Shown: positions 51,613 to 64,000 of the stretch, one piece after another
Position numbering within the stretch: the first letter of the stretch is position 1
Layout: every line of letters starts with the position of its first letter
Source of the DNA: Octopus sinensis
Lineage: Eukaryota
Reading direction: 5' to 3'
Length of the DNA stretch: 64,000 nt
Assembly (NCBI RefSeq): GCF_006345805.1
Contig: NC_043014.1
Location: 37,882,001 to 37,946,000, forward strand
Made by a program: the position numbers and the translations under genes
Notes under the pieces: model-generated
Database searches by the model: none
What the model was told of the DNA's origin: nothing
The model's input: only the letters and a program-made list of their open reading frames with translations

Positions 51613-53001
51613 TCTGTGTGTGTGTGTGTATGTGTGTGTGAGTGCGTGTGTGTAGAAGTGTTGGGAAAAAAACACGAACTGAGGTTAGATTTCAAAGATC
51701 AAGCAGTTATGTATGGTTATTTTAATTGGCTGAAACAGAAATAAAGATCCCGAATAAATGAATAAATAAGTAGTTAAATAAAATAAAGCGAGTAAGAATA
51801 AGAGATGTCTCGGTTACTTTCTGTGATGTTTCGTAACACGAGCAGTTTTAATGAGGTTTCAGTGGAGCGGGTTGAATTGTCCAACATCCCCTATCTCTCA
51901 CCGTTTCTCACGAAAAACTTGCGTTAACACCTAATTTTAACAATTAGTTTATGTGCAAGCAGGTCAAGAATTCAGTGATCTGCATTTTTTCTTTCAGTTT
52001 GGGAAGGCATCATGTCAACAGCCGGATTTCCTCAGGGCCGTCTAGTTTTGTTAGTTTCAAAAAAAAAAAAAAAAAAATAAATAAAATAAATGCGCCCTTT
52101 TAAAGCCTAGCCAAGCTCATGGGCCCGGTTTCCCTGTTTCAATGGCGTATGTGTTCCCCAGCTGGACGGGACGCTAGTCCATCGCAGCGTTACTCATTTT
52201 TGCCAACTGAGTGGACTGGAGCAACATGAAATGAAGTGTCGCCTGGTCCAGGAATCGAAACCACAATCTTATGATTATGACGCTGACAGCCTAACCACTA
52301 AGCCACGCGCCTCCACATTGTTATTTTCAATAGCTACCATTTTTTTTTTTCAGCCACAGGAATAATTCTGAATATTGTATTTTTGCACAGAGCATTTTAG
52401 TTTCAAATCCTGGTTGGATTCTGGCTAAAAGGTGTTTCGAAAATGCTCTGTTAATGCCTAGTGTATTTTCTGGGAATTTTAATTTTTCAGGCGCAGACAT
52501 GGTTTTGTAGTTAAGAAGCTCGTTTTGCAGCACTGTGGTTTCAGGTTCAGTCCCACTGCGTGGCACATTGGGACAATAGTCTTCTACTATAATCCCGGAC
52601 CAACAGATGCCTTGTGAGTGAATTTGGTAGATGGAAACTATGTGGAAACCCACTGTATATGTGTGTGTGTGTGCGTGCGCACGTGTTTGTGTGTATGTGT
52701 CTTTGTTTCTGTGTTTGTCTCCTCTCACCGCTTGACAACTGGTGTTGGTTTGTTTACATCCCCGCAACTTAGCGGTTCTCCAAAAGGGACCGCTAAATAA
52801 AGTTCCAGACTTAAAAATAAAAACTAAACACAAGTAGGCACAGGAGTGGCTGTGTGGTAAGTAGCTTACTTACCAACCACATAGTTCAGGGTTCAGTCCC
52901 ATTGCGTGGCATCTTGGTCAAGTGTCTTCTGCTATAGCCCCGGGCCGACCAAAGCCTTGTGAGTGGATTTGGTAGACGGAAACTGAAAGAAGCCTGTCGT
53001 A

Positions 53002-53042
<41 letters not shown>

Positions 53043-53528
53043 GTATGTATGTGTGTGTATATGTTTGTGTGTCTGTGTTTGTCCCCCAACATTGCTTGAC
53101 AACCGATGCTGGTGCGTTTACGTTCCCGTCACTTAGCCGTTCGGCAAAAGAGACCGATAGAATAAGTACTGGGCTTACAAAGAATAAGTCCCGGGGTCGA
53201 TTTGCTCGACTAAAGGCGGTGCTCCAGCATGGCCGCAGTCAAATGACTGAAACAAGTAAAAAGAGAAAGAGAAGTCCCGGGGTCGATTCGTTCGGCTAAA
53301 CCCAGTTAATTCCCATGGGAATTGTGGATGCTTTCGGAAGCTTTAGGAATATTTTTCAATTGAATGATGTCAGTAATGTAGTTAAAACTGGTTATTGATA
53401 AAAAAAAAAGGGTCCATTACATTTTTTAGGATATGTTTATTTATTTATTGAAAGAGAGCCTCTGCATGCAAGATTGTTGAGAGGTGGAGGCCTCCCTATA
53501 TTGAATGCTACATACCCTTCATATCAGG

Positions 53529-53955
53529 AGGGCCCGGATCTTTTCGATTTGAACGGCAGTTTTTTCTAGCGGTGTCATATGAAATTGTCACCCATAATTA
53601 TGACCCTAGAATCGATCTACTGCATTTCAATCTCTTTTAGGGTTAGGGTTAGGGTTAGGGTGAGGGGTGGGGGAAGGGTATATTTTTTTTCTTCACAAAT
53701 GTAAATAAACCCAATCTGTTTCATACGGCACAGAATGCTTTTTAACTCAATAGACGTCACTGATTGGTTGAAATTGCAGAAATTGAAGAAAAAAAACAAC
53801 AAATATCTTACAAACTATAGAATTTCCTGAATAAAGTCAAGAGAAAAAAGATGTTTTATAAACACATTCTACCAGTATGCGAAGTTTAAGATTTTTTAGT
53901 TACCTAGAAGTTATGTTAAAAACTGCCGTTCAAACCGAAAAGATCCGAGGGCCCT
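53529..53955. mobile_element. MITE with ~35-bp TIRs containing (TTAGGG)4
   Basis: GGATCTTTTCGATTTGAACGGCAGTTTT / AAAACTGCCGTTCAAACCGAAAAGATCC; TTAGGG x4 at 53637-53660. Confidence 0.8.
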
Positions 53956-54350
53956 ATATCTGTGAATGCCCGGGACAATTATCCTCTTCAACCTCCTATA
54001 AATCCGGCCCTGAGGTCAAATCAGGACGTAGTTCACATCTAGTTATAAATGTAATTTAGAACAGATGGTGAGAATCGAATGCAGCATTGTAATTTTTTTT
54101 AAAAAGCAAAATACAGTGGGTCTAAACGGCAACAAGTGCCACAAAGATGACAACAGTAAGTTTCGCTGTGTTATGTTATGAGTATAAAGTCCTGCCTCTA
54201 TCGATTTTGTTTTTCATTCATGTAGAATCGCTAAAGTAAGCGCCAATCATCGACTTTACTTATACTACTCATCTATTTTACTTTAGTATGTAGCGTTACA
54301 CCTCATCTATTTCAGCGATAGTATCATGACTTCGTCTATATATATATATG

Positions 54351-54393
<43 letters not shown>

Positions 54394-54680
54394 ACACATG
54401 CACACACAGAAGCGCGCGCACACACATACACATGACACAACAAAGCACACACACACATACAGAGTGAGCCAAAACTTACGCACAAAATAAGTTCAGGAAT
54501 TGTTAGACGTGCTTCATTTTTTTTTCTAAAATTAAATAAAATAAATAAAATAATGATGAATACACCCGTACTTTTACATGATAAACAAAATGAACAACAA
54601 CAACAACAACAACAACGACGACGACGACGACGACGACGACGACAACAACAACAACAACAACAACAATAATAATAATAATA

Positions 54681-55014
54681 GGGGGAGCATCATAGCCATG
54701 TGTTGAGAGGGATTCTTTGGAGTTTGAATAATTCACCTCTGGAAACATGGGTGGTTCTTTCAACATCCTTAAACAACCCTTATTTAGGGACCTTTTGAGC
54801 GGGATGGGCTACTCAACCTGAAGAAAATTCTAACTGGGCCCCACCTGCAAGGTCATGCGCTGTTTACCTTGATATGAGATCACCATGTCGCGCACATATG
54901 GTTGTGATGATGTGCCTGGTGTAACCCTTATCAGACGGGTAGTCATGATGGGTATGCTGGCTTCGTATATTTTACCCCAGTGTCACTTTGATGGCATGAA
55001 CTGTTCTCTCACTC

Positions 55015-55084
<70 letters not shown>

Positions 55085-55666
55085 GACCTGATAGAGTACC
55101 AGGCAATGCTCTGAGGTAGTACAAGACAGTGTCTCTCATGGCTTTTGATCTTAACTGCCTGGAAGTGTTGTCATGTACATTGTTTTGGTATAAAAGATGA
55201 GCTACAGCAAATATTCTGCCGAATACCACAGATTTGGTTGTCAGTTGTATGACCTTAACCAGTTGACCATGTTCCCTGAGTGGCTGATGCTATGTGCATC
55301 TCTGATCACGAACTGAAATAGTGGGGAATCATCTTAGCCATGTGATGAGAGGAATTTTTTTTTGGGGGGGGAGGCGGTTTGAATAATTCACCGCTGGAAA
55401 CATGGGTATTTTGTTCAATATCTTTAAACAACCCTTATACTGAGAACTTTTGAGTGGATGAGCCAATCAATCTGAAGAAAATTCTAACTGGGCCCCCACC
55501 TACAAGGTCATGTGTATCTTGCTTTGAGATCATCATGTCTCGCACATATGATTTTGATGCACGGGCCTGATGTACCCTTATCAGACGTGTAGTCATTTTG
55601 GGCATACTATGCTTCGTATATTTGTACCCCTGTATCACTTTGATGGCATGCACAGCTCTCTTACTC
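54681..55666 (+). mobile_element. Two copies of the same (TAA)n-associated repeat: 5'-truncated 54681-55014 and full 55081-55666
   Basis: Sequence identity to 206-760; (AAT)n before, between and after. Confidence 0.8.
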
Positions 55667-55730
55667 AATAGTAATAAACGCAACATAAATAAAGTGTCTA
55701 ATGTTTTGGTGCGTGACTTTTGGCCCACTC

Positions 55731-55781
<51 letters not shown>

Positions 55782-56129
55782 TCATATACGCAGACAGAAT
55801 TTAATATTTTATGAATACCTATTTCTTTATTACCCACAAGGAGCTAAACACAGAGGAGACAAACAAGGACAGACATAGGTATTAAGTCGATTACATCGAC
55901 CCCAGTGCGTAACTGGTACTTAATTTATCGACCCCGAAAGGATGAAAGGCAAAGTCGACCTCGGCGGAATTCGAACACACAACGTAACGCAGACGAAATA
56001 CCGCTAAGCATTTCGCCCGGCGTGCTAACGTTTCTGCCAGCTCGCCGCCTTTTCAAACTGGTGAACGCTTTGGTCTTTGCTGATAACTTGAAGCAATGAA
56101 ATAGCAAACGCCATGAGACAATTTGTTCG

Positions 56130-56760
56130 GTATTTGTGCGTATTCTCGTCCAATGACCGTCTTCAATTTGTCAACTGTTGCCGGTTTTCTAACGTAAATT
56201 TTACCATTTAAGTATCTTTATAAAATAGTCTAGTGGTCTGAGGTCCACTGAAACGCAGAGAGTAGTCTACCGAAGCTCTTCGTCTCATCCACCTGGTAAA
56301 CAAAATATTATCAAGATAAGCTTTTACGTCACTGTGGGATTTTAGCGTGTTCCATCTTGCTGGAAATAAAACGTCGCATCTCCAAAGTCCTCGTGGATGT
56401 TTGGCATGACAGAATGTCGCTACAAGTTTGTGTAAATGAGATCAATCGTAGTACCGACAAAAATGAATGATCCAATTATTCCTTTTGATGATAAGCTGCA
56501 CCAGTTTGTAATTCCTGGTAAATTAACGTGATGGTCCTCTATAATATCCAGAGGAACAGTTGTAGCAGTTAACCGAGCAATTGTGGCGGTTAATTTAATT
56601 TAAATGTAGCCTCATAATTCCAAACAATCTTTCATGGAAAATATGCATCTTCTGCACATCTTGCCAGGTATCACTCGCAAAACTGCACTCTTCGGTCGGG
56701 ATTATCTTCACTGAAAAATGCAGCATTCTTGGAACGAAACTTTTACAATCAAAGTGCTTT
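56130..56760 (-). pseudogene. Heavily decayed Tc1/mariner transposase
   Basis: VLFPARW..SH..VKAYLDN...RWMRRRASVDYSLRFSGP resembles F.QDG.P.H...VR.YLD...RWIGRR. Confidence 0.55.
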
Positions 56761-56950
56761 GAAATGTGATGGACGCTTGATTTTAGATTTCGATTCTGCC
56801 GGTCGTCAGCTTTACTTTTCGTCCCTCCAGGGTGATTTTCTCCGTCTATTATAATGTGTATGTGTAGTTAAAATATGTAGTTAGAAACAGGGCCGGATCA
56901 AGACCCATAGATGCCCTAAACATGTAAAAGAATTTTTGGTGTCGTTACAT

Positions 56951-57858
56951 ATTTGGTTATCCCATAAATAATGCGGTTTTCAGTTGCCAGAACTAAAAGT
57001 CGGAGTGGGGTGGGATAAACTGTCTGCATCAACTTACTATAAGAGCAGGTAGTAATTTTACTTTGTCCTTATTGTTAGTGCAAGTTTTGAACAGTGCAAT
57101 TCAAATTTAACAGTTATTTTTTAAAGCTATAATGGAAGCGATAAAGGAGCATATTCGGCATATTTCGCCTTATGAGTTCAATAAAGGCAACAATGCAACA
57201 GAAAGTGCAGGGAATATTTATGTAGTATATGGGCATCGGACAATAAGCGTAAGCCAGTGTCAAGAGTGGTTCCAGAAATTCCGAGCCGGAAACTACAGCC
57301 TTGAAGACGAGCCTCGTCCTGAAAGATCTGTAGAGCTCGACGAGGATGTCCTGCAAACCCTGGTGAAACAAAATCCCATTGTAACTGCTGAGAACTATCA
57401 GAGAAGCTTGAATTTGGTCATTCAATCAGTCATTCAAGTCAGCGCTAGAAGAAAAACGACCATCTTTGGTTTCAAGACGAAAGGTATTCATCCATCAGAA
57501 TAGTGATCGGCCACATACAGCGAGGATGACAGTCCAAAGGCTGGAGCAGTTTAAATGGGAAACAATGCCCCACCCACCATATTCACCGAACATTGTCCCA
57601 TTTGATAAGCATTTATTCTGCAGTCTTCAAAATTATTTGGACGGAAAATATATAAATTTTGTAGACAAGGTCAGAGTAGTACTGGAGGAGTGTTTTTCGT
57701 CACAGACAAGTAAATTTTGGAAGAGGGGTCTTGCAAGTCTACCGGATAGATGGAAGAGCATTGTAAAAAATGAAGGTGAGTATATTTTCGATTAAAAATT
57801 TATCTTAATTTTGAAAAATAAAAGTATAAAAAACCGTTTATTTATGGGATGACCCAAT
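56951..57858 (+). mobile_element. Internally deleted mariner (DD34D) element
   Basis: TIRs TTGGTTATCCCATAAATAATGCGG / CCGTTTATTTATGGGATGACCCAAT; HTH part (YEFNKG...WFQKFRAGNYSLEDEPR) and HPPYSPNIVPFD part. Confidence 0.9.
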
Positions 57859-58257
57859 TAAAGTAACTCAAAAATATATAAACCATAAAATAATTTTTTA
57901 TTTTTCACAATGAAACAAAATTCTAAGTAAAATGGAAAAATAATGTTTATTTTTGTATATTTCCATTTTATATTTGAAAAGTCTTTTTCTTACTTTTTTT
58001 TATTGCAAAGTCTTTGATCAGATTCTCACTATGACGACTTATCTGTTACATACGATTTTTTTTCATGTTAAGTAAATTCCCAGGTAAACGTTTCTTATTA
58101 GAGAGGCAGAAGACACCCGAAGCAAAAATAAGGAGTATACTCGCACAGTTAGATATATAGGTATAAAGTATAATTTGTTACACAATCTCTATAATAAACA
58201 TGATATTGAATGGAGTAATTTCCCGTTTGAACTTTTTTAATTACATGTGTGTGTGTT

Positions 58258-58288
<31 letters not shown>

Positions 58289-60950
58289 TTGTGTGTGTGC
58301 ATGTGTGTTAGAAATCTACGGATGCACAAACGCACAAAATGGAGAAAATGAAACAAATATGGACGATCTGTTCAGAAACACCCGCGAATGGGGAACAGTT
58401 CTCAAAAATAGCCCCCAGTTGTTCCCCCCCCCCCCCCCAAATTCCTATGTCCTCGGAATCTACATAGTCCGAGGTATATTTGTAGAGAATTTCATTAAAA
58501 AATATCCATTCTCTTGAAAGTTAAGAGAAATTGAAATGGACTCCGGTGAAATTTCCGAAATTCCCCACCCCAACCCCTCCTAAAACACTCCCCCACCAAA
58601 ATTTTGTATATTCGGAATCTACATGATATATCACATATTCGTGGACAAGTTCATTAAAAAAATATTCATTTTTCTGAAAGTTATGATCATCCAAATCAGA
58701 AATCTGTAGTTATGCCGATTCAAAAAAAACATAAAATGAGTAATGCAAACAAAAAAAAAACAGTTCGTCAATATTCAGAGGAATATTTAAAGTTTGGATT
58801 TATACCCGCTATCCACGATAAACTGTCACCAAGTTATGGGCGAAAAGCTCGGATATTGTGAATTTTCTGAAGTCCTCTCCCCATACCTCGAAAAAGATTT
58901 TCTCACAAACTTCTTTATAATCGTAATCTATGCCGGTTGAAAGGTATTTGTATAAAATTTCATTACAAAAAAAAAAAAAAATTCCTAAAAGTTATGAGGG
59001 GAAAACTCGGATCTTGTGAATTTTCCGAAGTCCTGCCCTCCCCCGTTGCTTTCTGCGCATTTTGTTTCATATTCGTTTCCTACACATTTTTTTTTACATC
59101 CGCTGCACTATTTTAAAAAATTTCGTTTCCGAGTAATATTGTAAACATCAAACAAATTTTGAATGACAAAAATTAAATATCACAAGAGGGCATCAAGATT
59201 TTATAAAAGATTCGATGGAGCATGGCCAAAAATCGGTTGGGAACTACTGGATTAGAGCGTCGAGCTAAGAGCAGGTTGTTTATACAGGCACAAGCGAGGC
59301 TGTGCGATTAAGAAGCTAGCTCGCCAATTATGTAGTCCTTGTTCAGTTCGGTGCTCTGGGCAAGTGACTTCAATGGCCCTGGCCAACCAAAGTCCTCTGA
59401 GTGAGCTTGGTTGATGAAAACTGAAAGCAGCCGGTCGTGTTTATATACACTCAGACACACACGTGTGTGTGTGTGTGTGTGTGTATCAAGCCTAAAAAAT
59501 AAGTACTAGGGTCGATTTGTTTGACTAAGCCCTTCAAGGCAGTGCTCCACCAAGGCCGCAGTCCAATGACTGAAACAAGTAAAAGTTTGAAGATTAAAGA
59601 TTGAATCGTTTCCCTTCTATTCGATTCGTACTATATTTCATCGATCTCTGCGGGAAGAAGACGTTGAAGGATACGAAATCTGTAAACAAAAGACCGCAAA
59701 TATAATAATAAAATGTAATTCTTGTTTTCAACGAATTATACGAAGCTGCAAAGATTTTGTTAATCTATAGTAGATAAGTACTAGACATATGCTAGGATCG
59801 ATTTAATTGCCTATAATCTTCAATATCCTCCCTCTCTCCTTCCCAACAACCGCTGCCACATTAAAAATGTGTGACCTGGTTCAAAATGTTTAACATTTAC
59901 AAACTGTCTGGCTTTAGACACGTCACAAATGACGTCTCAATCATTATTCTCGTAATAACAACTTTTAATCAATGAATCACCGATTTCTACTAAGTTTTTT
60001 TTTTTCTCCCCTCTGCTGCTGTATCAAACACTACAGAAACATACTCGTCGCTTATAACTGTGTACCACATGTCAAATTAACATTGATTTCACAGTGCGGA
60101 AACGCTAGTTGTTCAATCGATTCATTTCAGGCAGAGCTGTTTATCGCAATTTTATCTTTCCTATCAATGAATTGTTCATATGTGTGTGTGTATGTGTGTG
60201 TATATATATATATATATATACTCTTTTACTCTTTTAGGTGTTTCAGTCATTTGACTGCGGCCATGCTGGAGCACCGCCTTTTAATCGAGCAACTCGACCC
60301 CGGGGACTTATTCTTTTGTAAACCCAGTACTTATTCTATCGGTCTCTTTTGCCGAACCGCTAAGTAACGGGGACGTAAACACACCAGCATCGGTTGTCAA
60401 GCAATGCTAGGGGGACAAAACACAGACACACAAACGCACACACGCATATATATACATATACATATATACGACGGGCTTATTTCAGTTTCCGTCTACCAAA
60501 TCCACTCACAAGGCATTGGTCGGCCCGGGGCTATAGCAGAAGACAATTGCCCAAGATGCCACGCAGTGGGACTGAACCCGGAACCATGTGGTTGGTTAGC
60601 AAGCTACTTACCACACAGCCACTCATATATATATATATATATATACTCATTTACTCTTTTGCTTGTTTCAGTCATTTGACTGCGGCCATGTTGGAGCAGC
60701 GCCTTTAGTCGAGCAAATCGACCCCAGGACTTATTCTTTGGAAGCCTAGTACTTATTCTATCGGTCTCTTTTTGCCGAACCGCTAGGATACGGGGACGTA
60801 AACACACCAGCATCAGTTGCCAAGCGATGTTAGGGAGACGAACACAGACACACACACACACACACACACATACATACACACACATATACATGTAAACGAC
60901 GGGCTTCTTTCAGTTTCCGTCTACGCATATATGTATGTATACTGTGTGTA

Positions 60951-60995
<45 letters not shown>

Positions 60996-61267
60996 AGGTG
61001 TGTATATGTGCGCGCATGTATGCATAAATACATATACTCGTAAAGTATAGACACGCACACATACATATATGAACTGTATAAACATACAAAGCTACATATA
61101 AGGCGCAGGAGTTGTGTGGTAAGAAGCTTGCTTCCCAAGCACATGGTTCCGGGTTCAGCCCCACTGCGTGGTACCTTGGGAAAGTGCCTTCTACTATAGC
61201 CTCGGGCCGACCAAAGCCTTGTGAATGGATTTGGTAGACTGAAACTGAAAGAAGCCTGTCGGTATAT

Positions 61268-61319
<52 letters not shown>

Positions 61320-61343
61320 TAAATAGTGTTCCCAAATCCGAAT

Positions 61344-61416
61344 CAAGGAGTTCTGAGCTGACGAAAGAAATGTCGATTTGACTAATCTAGAAACGTACGT
61401 TCTCAAATAACCTTTG
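61344..61416 (+). ncRNA. Type I hammerhead ribozyme (567-nt family, copy 1)
   Basis: UGAG-CUGACGA-[A-AGA-AAU-GUC-GAUUU-GAC-UAA-UCU-A]-GAAAC-GUAC-GUU^CUCA; stem I extends as CAAGG-a-GUU / AAC-CUUUG; stem II closure is atypical (A.A). Confidence 0.75.
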
Positions 61417-61910
61417 CATTTGTGGTTTTTTTTAATATTTTCAACCCCAATACTTTCGTGAGTTGACTTGAGCAAACAATATGAGAGAGATTTTCTTTAA
61501 GTATTAGAAATAGTTAAAAAAAATTTTTTTAGCTGCTATTTCTAATGAGTTCAGTATGTGGCAAAGTAATTTATTTTACTAAGCCCTTTTATATAATGTA
61601 ATAATTTGATTCGAATTCCTTAAATGGTCCCTTTACATACTGAATACTTGGTGAGATTAATAATAATTATTTTCCCTTCAATTGTTGAAATTATAATTCA
61701 TTTCTCTCTATTTATATGCTCGGTTTTTACCGTTTTTTTAACCGATAAAACATAGTGTTTATCAATTTTAACCCACGCTGGTGGAAAGGGAGAGCAGAAA
61801 TTCTTCGCTTGCATATTTTGAATTTGCTAGCACTGATAGTTCGAGCAGATCTTCAGAAGTGATAAGAAGCCAAAAGGGTATGCCCACTTTCAGTGTTCCC
61901 AAATCCGAAT

Positions 61911-61983
61911 CAAGGAGTTCTGAGCTGACGAAAGAAATGTCGATTTGACTAATCTAGAAACGTACGTTCTCAAATAACCTTTG
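61911..61983 (+). ncRNA. Type I hammerhead ribozyme (567-nt family, copy 2)
   Basis: Identical to 61344-61416. Confidence 0.75.
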
Positions 61984-62257
61984 CATTTGTGGTTTTTTTA
62001 ATGTTTTCACCCCCATACTTTCGTGAGTTGACTTGAGCAAACACTATATGAGAGAGATTTTCTTTAAGTATTAGAAATAGTTAAAAAAAATTTTTTTAGC
62101 TGCTATTTCTAATGAGTTCAGTATGTGGCAAAGTAATTTATTTTACTAAGCCCTTTTATATAATGTAATTATTTGAATTCGCCTTAAATGGTCCCTTTAC
62201 ATACTGAATACTTGGTGAGATTAATAATTAATTAATTTTACCCTCAATTGTTGAAAT

Positions 62258-62291
<34 letters not shown>

Positions 62292-62585
62292 GTATATATA
62301 TCTGTGTGTGTGTGTGTGTGTGTGTGTTGTGTGTGTGTGTATGTGTGTGTGCGTGTGTGTGTATGTGTGTGTTTGTGTGTCTGTTTGTCCCCCTCACTAT
62401 CCCTTGACAACCAATGCTGGTGTGTGTAGGTCCCCGTAACTTTAGCGGTTCGGCAAAAGAGATCCTATAGAATAAGTACTAGGCTTACAAAAGGATAAGT
62501 CTTGGGGTCAATTTGTTCGACTAAAGGCGGTGCTCCAGCATGGCAGCAGTCAAATGACTGAAAGAAGTTAAAGAAAGAATATATT

Positions 62586-62625
<40 letters not shown>

Positions 62626-63539
62626 GCGCAGGAGTGGCTGTGTGGTAAGTAGCTTGTTTACCAACCACATGGTTCCGGGTTCAGTCCCACTGCATGGTAC
62701 CTTGGGCAAGTGTCAGCCTCGGCCGACCAAAGCCTTGTGAGTGGATTTGGTAGACGAAAACTGAAAGAAGCTCGTCGTATATATGTATATATATGTGTAT
62801 GTGTGTGTGTGTGTGCGTGTATGTTTGTGTGTCTGTGTTTGTTCCTCTAGCATTGCTTGACAACCGATGCTGGTGTGTTTATGTCCCCGTCACTTAGCGG
62901 TTCGGCAAAAGACACCGATGGAATAAGTACTGGGCTTACAAAGAATAAGTCCCGGGGTCGAGTTGCTCGATTAAAGGCGGTGCTCCAGCATGGCCGCAGT
63001 CAAATGACTGAAGCAAGTAAAGAGTAAAAGAGTAAAGCGTAAGACAGATAGATATACGCACATATGTGTAGGTGTATATACATGCATTCACACATCATAC
63101 ATATACATACATACATACATACATACATACATACATACATACATACATGCATACATACACAGACACGTACATACATACATGCATACATACACAGACACGT
63201 ACATACATACATACATGCATACAGACAGACAGACAGGCACATATTCAATCAGGACAACATAGTTCTTTATAGTTTATTGTAGTTATTTTCTTCTTAATGG
63301 TTATACCATTGATTTCATTGATTCGTAACATTGTCGGTCGAACGTTTTATTCTTAGCCGCCAATTGTTAGATTTCTTTCTTTTCTTCTGTTTTCCTCGTT
63401 TTCTCCTCTTTCCTCTCTCTCTCACGCACACAAACGAACACGCACACACACGCGCATATGCATGCATACATACATACATACATACATACATACATACATA
63501 CATACATACATACATACATACATACATACATACATACTT

Positions 63540-64000
63540 AAAGCTGTTAACGTAAAGTTGAAGATAGTGAAAAAGGGAACACCTATGCTGAACTATTGAG
63601 AAATCTGCAGTTACTCTATCCAGATTACAAGTTCAGGTTTATACCTGTAATTACTGGGTTCCTGGGATATGTAATACATTACCTAAATACCAGTCTTGAG
63701 AAATTAGGCTTCTCAAAACCGGAAAGGAGAAAGCTAATTCGAAGACTACAGATCCAATCCATCACTGGAACTGTAAAAATCTGTAAAACTTTCCAGAAGT
63801 TTGTCATTTAAATATATATGAGCATGTCTAGTTATGCAAATATATACATGAAAATACATACATAAAACATAAGTTTGCCATACATACATACATACATACA
63901 TACATACATACATACACATATATAAATACATACATACATACATACACGCAAAAATACCGTTGTTGATGTTGACATTCTAATGAAGGGGACTTGGATCTAG
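63540..64000 (+). mobile_element. R4/Dong-like RLE LINE 3' portion, second copy
   Basis: LRNLQLLYPDYKFRFIPVITGFLGYV...QSITGTVKICKTFQKFVI*; preceded by (CATA)n. Confidence 0.7.

Larger units (their letters stand above)
61325..62261 (+). mobile_element. Second HHR-bearing non-coding element: ~370-bp direct repeats (61325-61695, 61892-62261), period 567 bp, in (TA)n; Penelope pLTR/retrozyme-like
   Basis: AGTGTTCCCAAATCCGAATCAAGG...CAATTGTTGAAATTATA repeated; TA runs at both ends; one hammerhead per repeat. Confidence 0.8.

Noticed and set aside
53637-53660. True telomere
   Set aside because: Only four units, internal to a TIR element

Overview
Eukaryotic, AT-rich, repeat-saturated DNA with one 100-N assembly gap (37169-37268). 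The SINE families and repeat landscape look like an octopod cephalopod (recognised from memory, not verified). No intact host gene could be supported; nearly all listed ORFs are translated microsatellites or SINEs, and the rest are decayed transposon fragments: Tc1/mariner, Merlin, CR1, Tx1, R4/Dong-like RLE LINE and Penelope GIY-YIG. The main discovery is a set of hammerhead ribozyme (HHR)-carrying non-coding elements inserted in (TA)n microsatellites. (1) At 39747-41805, five head-to-tail ~351-nt monomers plus one fold-back inverted monomer each carry a type I HHR. The cleanest copy (41546-41606) reads UAUGAU-UGC-CACACG-CUGACGA-GAGG-UCAAUA-CCUC-GAAAC-UCGA-GUC^CGUGUG-U-AUCAUA. This is a retrozyme-like array predicted to release ~350-nt (circular) RNAs. 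(2) At 61325-62261, an unrelated element has two identical type I HHRs 567 nt apart. (3) Minimal or variant HHRs occur in Penelope-like 3' ends at 5083, 35320 and 45384. Short-spacer fold-back inversions recur in these elements, and different retroelement classes appear to occupy different microsatellites: (TA)n, (TAA)n, (TCTA)n and (CATA)n. Ribozyme activity and circular RNA are inferences from hand folding and need testing.
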